A DNA stretch of 32,000 nt from Candidatus Hadarchaeota archaeon (GTDB taxonomy: Archaea > Hadarchaeota > Hadarchaeia > Hadarchaeales > Hadarchaeaceae), in the NCBI GenBank assembly GCA_964514965.1, contig CAZETV010000001.1, forward strand, positions 903,063 to 935,062. The letters run 5' to 3'. The first letter of the stretch is position 1; every line of letters starts with the position of its first letter. The notes below the pieces were generated by a model. It searched no databases. It had not been told where the DNA came from and saw only the letters and a list, made by a program, of their open reading frames with translations. This document shows, one piece after another, positions 26,009 through 32,000 of the stretch. The translations under genes were made by a program, and so were the position numbers.

Positions 26009-27135
26009 GTTAGGTCCTCCAGGCATTCGTCGAAATCAGCCAAAAATGAAGTTATGTGTTTTAGACGATGATGGGGCATGACCACAAGTCTGATGCTCCG
26101 CGGCTGACTATTCATAGATACGAGCCACCCTCTTGCTTCCAGTTTATCGCAGACATCGCTTAAATTGACAGTATCCGATTTGACGGCAACGATGTTGAGT
26201 TCGGGCTCCACTATGAGGTCCACGGCGTCCATCTTTCTGATGCCTATCGCCAGCTTTTGCGTTAGGTCCATGCAGCGCTTAACTATCTTTTGGTAGCCTT
26301 TGTACCCTAATGAGTTAAGAAGGGCCCAAACTGCGGCTACGGACGCGCCCGATCTCGTGCCCAAGAGAGTTGAGTTTGGGCTGTTCAGATAGGGCGGATT
26401 CATTTCGATTTTTTTAAGCCAATTTCCATTGCGGAAAAGGATGGACCCCGCTGGTATGGGGGCAAGCCCCATCTTATGAGGGTCTAGGGTGATGGATGAT
26501 ACCGAACCTATGCTAAAATCCCAAGGGGGAGGATTTTTAATGAAGGGTAAGACAAAACCTCCAAACGATGCATCTACGTGAAGAAAACAGCCAAGATCCT
26601 CAGCAATTTCAGCGATCTCCTCGATTGGATCTACCAAACCAAGTGCCACCGTGCCAGCAGTGGCCGTAATGGCTAGAGTCTCTTTGCTGGCTTTTTCTTG
26701 TATGCTGTCGACGCTTGCACGGTAAGTCTCATCGAGTGCTATGTGAGTAAGATTCAGCTGTTGAAGATTACATGCCTTAGTTACAGAATAATGAGCAGAA
26801 ACAGGCGCGATTACATTTTTTCGGTTTAGTAGTTTTCTGGCAACCCACAAGGTAACTATGTTCCCTTCAGTTCCTCCCGAAGTTATGTAGCCAGCTGCCT
26901 CAGGTCTTGAAGTCAATGTACCGATTTTTCTTATCGCCTCTTCTTCCAGTGATTTCACGCTTGGGAAAATTCGGGGGTCCAATAGATTCGTTTCAAGAAA
27001 CATCAAATATGCATCAACGGCTACCTTCAATGGTTTTGAACACATGGAGCAAAAAACTCTGCCAGAATCATAGCTCCAATCCTGGCTCCGTCTGTCCTCA
27101 AGCGATTTCAACAGCTCTTTGGCGGAGCCAGTCAT
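26005..27135 (-). CDS. mfnA: PLP-dependent L-tyrosine decarboxylase MfnA
   Basis: 376-aa group II decarboxylase with the PLP-lysine motif TLDPHKMG and TSGGTEGN. First gene of the mfn operon. Confidence 0.85.
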   Translation of the reverse strand: MTGSAKELLKSLEDRRSQDWSYDSGRVFCSMCSKPLKVAVDAYLMFLETNLLDPRIFPSVKSLEEEAIRKIGTLTSRPEAAGYITSGGTEGNIVTLWVARKLLNRKNVIAPVSAHYSVTKACNLQQLNLTHIALDETYRASVDSIQEKASKETLAITATAGTVALGLVDPIEEIAEIAEDLGCFLHVDASFGGFVLPFIKNPPPWDFSIGSVSSITLDPHKMGLAPIPAGSILFRNGNWLKKIEMNPPYLNSPNSTLLGTRSGASVAAVWALLNSLGYKGYQKIVKRCMDLTQKLAIGIRKMDAVDLIVEPELNIVAVKSDTVNLSDVCDKLEARGWLVSMNSQPRSIRLVVMPHHRLKHITSFLADFDECLEDLT

Positions 27136-27165
27136 AGAATCCCAAGCGTAAATTTTTGGTCTGAA

Positions 27166-27173
27166 TTTATAAA
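27166..27173. promoter_or_regulatory. Palindromic TATA-box-like element TTTATAAA in the mfnA/mtd divergent spacer
   Basis: Read directly. Its centre is about 35 bp from the mfnA ATG. A second AT-rich element (taaattttt, about 27149-27157) could serve mtd. Confidence 0.3.
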
Positions 27174-27206
27174 TGCGAGAGTGCCAATAAATTTGGAGGT
27201 TTGGTC

Positions 27207-28034
27207 ATGGTTCAAAGGGTGAGAGTAGGATTAGTTAAGATGGGCAACCTCGGCACTTCTGCCATGTTAGATCTGATGCTCGATGAGCGGGCGGAAAGGG
27301 AGGACATCGACTTTAGGGTTGTGGCATCTGGGCCGAAAATAACCGAGGAGGACTGTAAAGGGGTTTCTGAAAAAATTCTTGATTTCAATCCCGAACTAAT
27401 CATAGCAATAAGCCCAAATCCTTCCGTTCCGGGACCTTCGAAGGCCAGAGAAATCCTCAAGAAATCTGGCAAGCCTTGCATAATCATCGGCGATGCCCCA
27501 GGTACTAAAATCGCCGGAGAACTTGAGAAGACAGGTTTTGGCTACATATTCGTCGAGGCGGATTCCATGCTTGGCGCAAGAATGGAATTTCTTGACCCTA
27601 TCGAGATGTCGCTCTTTAATGCGGATGTAATCAAGGTTCTTTCAGTAACCGGCGCTTTCCGAGTTGTTTATGAGGAGGTTGATAAAGCAATCGAGGGCGT
27701 GAAGTCTAGCAAGCCCTATTTGCCGAAGATAATTATCGACCGTGATAAAGCTGTAAACGCCGCCGAATTTGAAAATCCCTATGCGCGTGCGAAGGCCATG
27801 GCAGCTTTTGAAATAGCGAAAAAAGTTGCAGACGTAAGCGTTGAGGGCTGTTTTAGGGTCAAGGAGAAAGAGAGGTACATACCGATTGTGGCGGCGGCGC
27901 ATGAGATGATGAGGACGGCCGCAAAGTTATGTGACGAAGCTCGCGAAATAGAAAAAAGCGAGGACTCTGTGCTAAGGAGGCCGCATGGAAGAAAAGGCGA
28001 ACTCCTCTCGAAACGAAAGCTTATGGGAATCTAG
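27207..28034 (+). CDS. mtd: F420-dependent methylene-H4MPT dehydrogenase Mtd
   Basis: Near-colinear by-eye match to Mtd: GNLGTS..LDERAEREDIDFRVV, PGPSKARE, IIGDAPG, LGARMEFLDP, ADVSVEGCF, HEMMR. ATG 27207 has GGAGGT 6 nt upstream. The track start is TTG 27201. Confidence 0.95.
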   Translation: MVQRVRVGLVKMGNLGTSAMLDLMLDERAEREDIDFRVVASGPKITEEDCKGVSEKILDFNPELIIAISPNPSVPGPSKAREILKKSGKPCIIIGDAPGTKIAGELEKTGFGYIFVEADSMLGARMEFLDPIEMSLFNADVIKVLSVTGAFRVVYEEVDKAIEGVKSSKPYLPKIIIDRDKAVNAAEFENPYARAKAMAAFEIAKKVADVSVEGCFRVKEKERYIPIVAAAHEMMRTAAKLCDEAREIEKSEDSVLRRPHGRKGELLSKRKLMGI

Positions 28035-28114
28035 AATTGGCACTCCTCGGTACTAAGTGCGGGGATTCTTGTACGCTCATTAATAGAGGGGCACTAAAAT
28101 TGTTTGGAATAGGG

Positions 28115-29143
28115 ATGAAAGGAAAACCGCTGGAAGGTGACATGGTAGAAACGGCGGATAACATTATTTTCGATGTTAGAGGACATACCCATCCGCCCGG
28201 AAGGGTCATTGCTTATCCCAAGTACGTGTCAGATTTGAGAGGGAACTTGAGGCGTGGCGAAACCACTTTTCGGAGGGTCCGCACCTTTCAAGATTTGCAT
28301 GATGCAATTGAGCAGTTGGATTCAAAGTATTTGATTTACGATCCTGTTTTCGGCGAAAAATTATGCGAAGTTTCGGAGGAAGGTATAAACTATCACTATA
28401 GACCCAGCGACTGTCTGTCAGAGCTGCGACGTAAAAAGGAGCTGGACAAAGTCGAAAATGAGGCACTTTCCCTGCTTCAGCTCATGAAAACGGAAGCCAA
28501 AGTTCCGTGGAACAAGCTAGGACTTTCTGGGTCAATACTTACGAAGCTCTACACAATCTCGTCTGACATTGATCCCGTTGTTTATGGATTGAAGAACTGC
28601 TGCCGAGTATACGCGAGCATAATGCAGTTGTTGGAGGATGGGGAAATAGAATTAGAGAAGGTGAAGGAGGAAGAGAAGAAGGAAGATTATAAAAAAGAAA
28701 TTCGTTCCGGAGAGTTGGATAAATCTGTAGTCTCTTATGAAGATTACATGCGCGTGGAAATGAGAAAAACCTTTGTGGGGCGGTTTGGCGGTCGGAAGTA
28801 CTCCATAAAATTCGTCAAGGATTGGGGTGAGGTAGAGAGTACCTATGGGGTGGTTAAGTGTACTCCAAGAGGAAGTGTTAGAATAAAGGCCAAAATCGAG
28901 GACGATTCGGATGCAATCTTCATGCCAGGCGCCTATAAGATTTGTAACGTCAAGCTCTTGGAGGGGCCAGATTTTGTGCCAGTGGAGATTTTATCAGTTC
29001 ACTTAAGGTTCTGTGAACAGGCAAAAAGGGGCGAAACTGTTATCGCGCGGGGAAAGCTTGAATCTGTACAGCGGAGAAGTGGGGACGAATATTATAGGCT
29101 CGTCCTTGGGAACGAGGCTTCAGACTACATGATTTTAGTTTGA
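28115..29143 (+). CDS. Predicted Pol-beta-superfamily nucleotidyltransferase with a C-terminal OB-fold-like region. Function unknown.
   Basis: The minimal NTase motif GS-x10-DID is present (LGLSGSILTKLYTISSDIDPVVYG). The C-terminal beta-rich part (VRIKAKIEDDS...ARGKLESV) looks OB-like. The start is uncertain: ATG 28115 or TTG 28037. Confidence 0.5.
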   Translation: MKGKPLEGDMVETADNIIFDVRGHTHPPGRVIAYPKYVSDLRGNLRRGETTFRRVRTFQDLHDAIEQLDSKYLIYDPVFGEKLCEVSEEGINYHYRPSDCLSELRRKKELDKVENEALSLLQLMKTEAKVPWNKLGLSGSILTKLYTISSDIDPVVYGLKNCCRVYASIMQLLEDGEIELEKVKEEEKKEDYKKEIRSGELDKSVVSYEDYMRVEMRKTFVGRFGGRKYSIKFVKDWGEVESTYGVVKCTPRGSVRIKAKIEDDSDAIFMPGAYKICNVKLLEGPDFVPVEILSVHLRFCEQAKRGETVIARGKLESVQRRSGDEYYRLVLGNEASDYMILV

Positions 29144-29180
29144 GGTTCAAAAATCAGGTTTCTAAAACTAAGATTAAAAT

Positions 29181-30053
29181 TCAATGAGTTAAAACGTGAT
29201 CGATTATCTTTTTGGTTATACTTACTTTTGTCGTGGATTGGAGACCTTTCCACCCAGGAATGGCGTTGACCTCAGTAATGAAGAACTCGTCATCCCGTTC
29301 AACGATGTCCACCCCGGCGTACTCACATCTCAAGATTTCTGCCGACTTTATCGATGCTTCTTCTAGCTCTCCACGTAATTCACATGGCTCGACTCTCGCT
29401 CCCTTTGAAAAGTTAGTCTTCCAGCTTTCGCCGACTCTCTTCATTGCCGCTATAACTTCATCCCCGATAATGAAAGCCCTTATATCCTCGTTGCGATGAG
29501 GAATGAACTCTTGGACGTAATACACATACCTTCCAAATTCAAGGGCCGTAAAAACTCTATATGCTAGGTCCCGATCACTCACTCGTACCATCCCCGCACC
29601 CAAAGAGCCGAAGAGGGGCTTGACTATCACGTCCTTGAACTCCTCGAAGGCCTTCATGGCATCGTCATGCTTTTCGGTAACGATAGTCTTGGGGGTCGGG
29701 ATTCCCGCATCTTCCAACAAAGAGCACGTATAGAACTTATCCGCACATCGCTCTATGGCGATTGCAGGGTTCAGTACCTTTACTCCCAAATTCTCCAGCC
29801 TGTGAAGCGTATCCATTCTGAATATCAGCTGTTCCGCTGATCCTTTCGGCACCCATCTGACAATTAATGAGTCGAACTCATCAAGATCGTGACCACAACA
29901 TGAGACGCGTGGCTTTCCGCTCAACTTTGCGACTAGGTAAGAAAGAGGAAAGGTAAAACAGCTGATTTTTCTGCTTTCTATTTCTTCCCTCAACTGCTCA
30001 ACATTCCAGTCATTTTTACCTGAGGTAAAAATTCCGATTTTCTTCACACGCAT
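29181..30053 (-). CDS. RimK-type ATP-grasp alpha-L-glutamate ligase (MptN-like H4MPT:glutamate ligase, or CofF-like)
   Basis: 290-aa RimK-like ATP-grasp (VIVKPLFGSLGAGM...YVQEFI...EDIRAFIIGD...FITEVNAIPGW). 10-nt overlap with the mch stop. The sequence alone does not separate MptN from CofF. Confidence 0.7.
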   Translation of the reverse strand: MRVKKIGIFTSGKNDWNVEQLREEIESRKISCFTFPLSYLVAKLSGKPRVSCCGHDLDEFDSLIVRWVPKGSAEQLIFRMDTLHRLENLGVKVLNPAIAIERCADKFYTCSLLEDAGIPTPKTIVTEKHDDAMKAFEEFKDVIVKPLFGSLGAGMVRVSDRDLAYRVFTALEFGRYVYYVQEFIPHRNEDIRAFIIGDEVIAAMKRVGESWKTNFSKGARVEPCELRGELEEASIKSAEILRCEYAGVDIVERDDEFFITEVNAIPGWKGLQSTTKVSITKKIIDHVLTH

Positions 30054-30985
30054 GCACCCAGTGATTTCGCCAGCACTTCCTCGTCAATGCTTCCGGCATG
30101 AAAAACTCTTCCGGTCCTCAGGTTGTTTATCGTTACTTCGGCGGGGGAGAAAAGTTTTGGATCGATCTTGAAGAAGTCCCTATCATATTTTTCGAAGAGT
30201 TCAAGGAATGGCAGGCCGTAGTCCTTGGAGGCGCGTGAGGGAATTTCATCGATCACCTTCTCAACCTCAGAGTCGTCAGCATCCACGAAGTACATCGTCC
30301 TCCCACCGTAGAGCACACAGTCGTTGGTTTTCCCCATCGCTTCTAGATCGTTTTTGGTCACTGGCGCTACGGGAGCACTTCCGCTCCCGCAGATTATCTC
30401 GCCTATATCGAACCCGACCTCATGTAGCTTGTGCACGCCGGTTTCCACAATTCTCGCTGATATCTGGATGCTCCCAACAATGCTTGCAGTCGGGGCAGCC
30501 AAGATGTAGAGACTATCGGGCTTCACCTTGCATTTTTGGGCGATGAAATCCGCTACCTTTTCGTTTGGTATTTTTCTAGTCTCGAGCGTGATGACCGCTT
30601 TCTCACACCTATCTTCATATTTCAATTCTCGGAACAGCTTTTCCTCCACCCTCGCCAGCGCCCTCGCGGGACCCGAACCCATCGCGAAGTAATCTTCAAC
30701 TTTTATCGCCCACCCAGCAAATTGAGAAGCCATGCATGATATCGCGGGATGGTCCACGTTCACATGGACATAGGGCCTTTTCTCCATGCAAAGACTAACG
30801 CCGCCAAGACCCCCTAGACACGCCTCTGAAAAAAGTTTGCCAGCTTTAAGGCTCCCCTGCACCTTGATTCCAGAGTCGATCACTACTGCCCCATTTTTTA
30901 GTTTGAGGACTTTGACCCCCAGTTCTTCCTCACTTTGAGTCATCGCGTCTGCTATTTTTGAAGCTCTTTCGTTCACGCTTATCAT
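30044..30985 (-). CDS. mch: Methenyl-H4MPT cyclohydrolase Mch
   Basis: 313 aa. N-terminus MISVNERASKIADAM...LKNGAVVIDSGI...GSLKAGKLFSEACLGGLG and overall length are typical of Mch. Confidence 0.93.
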   Translation of the reverse strand: MISVNERASKIADAMTQSEEELGVKVLKLKNGAVVIDSGIKVQGSLKAGKLFSEACLGGLGGVSLCMEKRPYVHVNVDHPAISCMASQFAGWAIKVEDYFAMGSGPARALARVEEKLFRELKYEDRCEKAVITLETRKIPNEKVADFIAQKCKVKPDSLYILAAPTASIVGSIQISARIVETGVHKLHEVGFDIGEIICGSGSAPVAPVTKNDLEAMGKTNDCVLYGGRTMYFVDADDSEVEKVIDEIPSRASKDYGLPFLELFEKYDRDFFKIDPKLFSPAEVTINNLRTGRVFHAGSIDEEVLAKSLGACV

Positions 30986-31803
30986 GTCGCGCCTCCTTTC
31001 CAGATCAGTATCTCCCCCTTCCCTAGGGCGGCAATATCTCCGTTATACCTATCGTAGAAACCCTCGATGTGTTCTTTTTTGACAGGTAAATCATATTTTT
31101 CCAGTCTTTTTAGGAAGGCTCTGATGAAAGTCGGTTTGTAGGTGCAACTATATCTGAAGGTCGGCAGTAGCTTCGGGGGATTGAAGGCTATGATGGTTCC
31201 CCTATCCATCCCGGCTCCCGCTTTCTCCCCGATATCGCCGGAACAGACTATTGACCCACCTGTCATGAGTGCGCCGGTTAAGTTTCCTAGTTTGCCTTTG
31301 ATGACGATTGCGCCCCTTCTCATCAGTTCTCCGACCTCGCGTCCGGCATCGCCTTCAATTATAATCATTCCGCCCTTCATTCCGACTTTAGAACCCCGGT
31401 AACCCGAACCAACGAGGTTTCGGGCGTTCCCTCTGACCCTTATCAGCCCCCCTTTCATCTCGGCCCCGAGCCAATCCCCAGCGTTTCCGTGAACGAGTAT
31501 CTCTCCTCCTTGCATCTCCCGACCAAGGTGCATTCCAGCACTCCCCTCGATTACCAACTTGCCTTTGCTCATCCTTGCCCCAATATGCTTGACCGCGCTG
31601 ACATCGCCAGTGATAACTATCTTCTCAGTTCCATCCGATTCCTGTTCGATATTGAAGATATCAGTCAATCTTTTCCTTCGGTTTCCCCACAAAAGCTCGA
31701 GACTTTTTAGCTCCGCCACAGACTTACCAGAAAATACATCGGGTGAGATGCATTCGGCCTCAACCGGCACCTTAAATTTGACTTTAGGTTTGAGGATGAT
31801 CAT
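30982..31803 (-). CDS. fwdC: Formylmethanofuran dehydrogenase subunit C (GXGXG beta-helix protein)
   Basis: 273 aa with repeated G-x-x-G-x-x-x-G turns (EGSAGMHLGREMQGGEILVHGNAGDWLGAEMKGGLIRVRGNA...). FwdC-like N-terminus, IILKPK...PVEAECISPDVF. Confidence 0.88.
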   Translation of the reverse strand: MIILKPKVKFKVPVEAECISPDVFSGKSVAELKSLELLWGNRRKRLTDIFNIEQESDGTEKIVITGDVSAVKHIGARMSKGKLVIEGSAGMHLGREMQGGEILVHGNAGDWLGAEMKGGLIRVRGNARNLVGSGYRGSKVGMKGGMIIIEGDAGREVGELMRRGAIVIKGKLGNLTGALMTGGSIVCSGDIGEKAGAGMDRGTIIAFNPPKLLPTFRYSCTYKPTFIRAFLKRLEKYDLPVKKEHIEGFYDRYNGDIAALGKGEILIWKGGAT

Positions 31804-32000
31804 CGGTTGCCCTCGAAGAGTTTGTGGAGGTAGACCAAGTGTTTGCCCAGCTTGCCCCCATAGTTTCCGGCAGTTATGAGCTTTATCCCGTCCACACTAC
31901 AGGCTTCTTCGATTCCCGCCTTCGTGGCTTTTTTCACGCTTTCTCCGTCCAATCCGTTTATCACTATTTCTAGGACGGAGTTGACATCCTGCGGTATCTT
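31800..32000 (-). CDS. ftr: Formylmethanofuran:H4MPT formyltransferase Ftr. C-terminal 66 aa only; the 5' end lies beyond the window.
   Basis: My translation of the minus strand is KIPQDVNSVLEIVINGLDGESVKKATKAGIEEACSVDGIKLITAGNYGGKLGKHLVYLHKLFEGNR*. This matches the remembered Ftr C-terminus (...YEIVINGLNEEAVKEAMRVGIEAAC...ISAGNFGGKLGQY.I.LHDLF). ATGA overlap with the fwdC start. Confidence 0.85.
   Translation of the reverse strand, partial: KIPQDVNSVLEIVINGLDGESVKKATKAGIEEACSVDGIKLITAGNYGGKLGKHLVYLHKLFEGNR

Noticed and set aside
16750-27200. CCAATA hexamer seen in three C1 promoter regions: upstream of cdhA, in the acs/RACo spacer and in the mfnA/mtd spacer.
   Set aside because: A 6-mer in several 70-150-bp AT-rich spacers is expected by chance, and positions relative to the starts are inconsistent.
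31000-31700. Periodic repeats inside fwdC.
   Set aside because: The periodicity is at the protein level: the GXGXG beta-helix turns characteristic of FwdC and glutamate-synthase domain 3. It is not a DNA tandem repeat or a CRISPR-like array.
1-32000. Looked for CRISPR arrays, tRNA or rRNA genes, transposases, integrases, toxin-antitoxin or defence modules, and for mcr/mtr as evidence of methanogenesis.
   Set aside because: None was recognised. All sizeable ORFs are accounted for by metabolic, transport or maturation genes, and the intergenic spacers are under 270 bp. The Pol-beta NTase at 28115..29143 is far larger than MNT-type antitoxins and has no HEPN partner. The presence of cdh, ftr, mch and mtd alone does not establish a methanogen.

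Overview
Gene-dense window that looks archaeal: five-subunit ACDS, H4MPT and methanofuran genes, TATA-like promoter elements. I call 36 protein-coding genes, two of them cut by the window edges. I saw no rRNA, tRNA, CRISPR array, transposase, integrase or large repeat. Most of the window is a C1/acetyl-CoA supercluster. From left to right: (1) beta- and gamma-like electron-transfer subunits of a cytoplasmic [NiFe]-hydrogenase/AsrAB-type enzyme. The gamma-like gene is absent from the ORF track because it runs off the window. (2) An ECF Cbi/Nik M-N-Q-O metal importer, head-to-head with nikR plus an HD hydrolase. (3) AMP-forming acetyl-CoA synthetase, divergent from a RACo-like corrinoid reductive activase. 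(4) A complete cdhABCDE CODH/acetyl-CoA decarbonylase-synthase operon, a small Cys-rich protein, and cooC. (5) A short MetF-like TIM-barrel protein. (6) fdhD-mobA (molybdo/tungstopterin maturation) plus an ATP-grasp gene. (7) A methanofuran biosynthesis operon, mfnA-B-D-F-E, ending in an uncharacterised HisA-like gene. (8) mtd plus a Pol-beta nucleotidyltransferase. (9) An ftr-fwdC-mch-(mptN-like) operon. No mcr, mtr or mer gene is visible in the window. I found no self-evident new system such as a defence island. The points most worth a second look are: the NikR dyad over the shared Ni-transporter promoter; the MetF-like protein where Mer would be expected; the two uncharacterised genes tied to the mfn operon; the Cys-rich protein between cdhA and cooC; the orphan fwdC; and a long repeat-containing leader upstream of fdhD. 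All family calls rest on motif recognition and by-eye alignment from memory. No database search was run.
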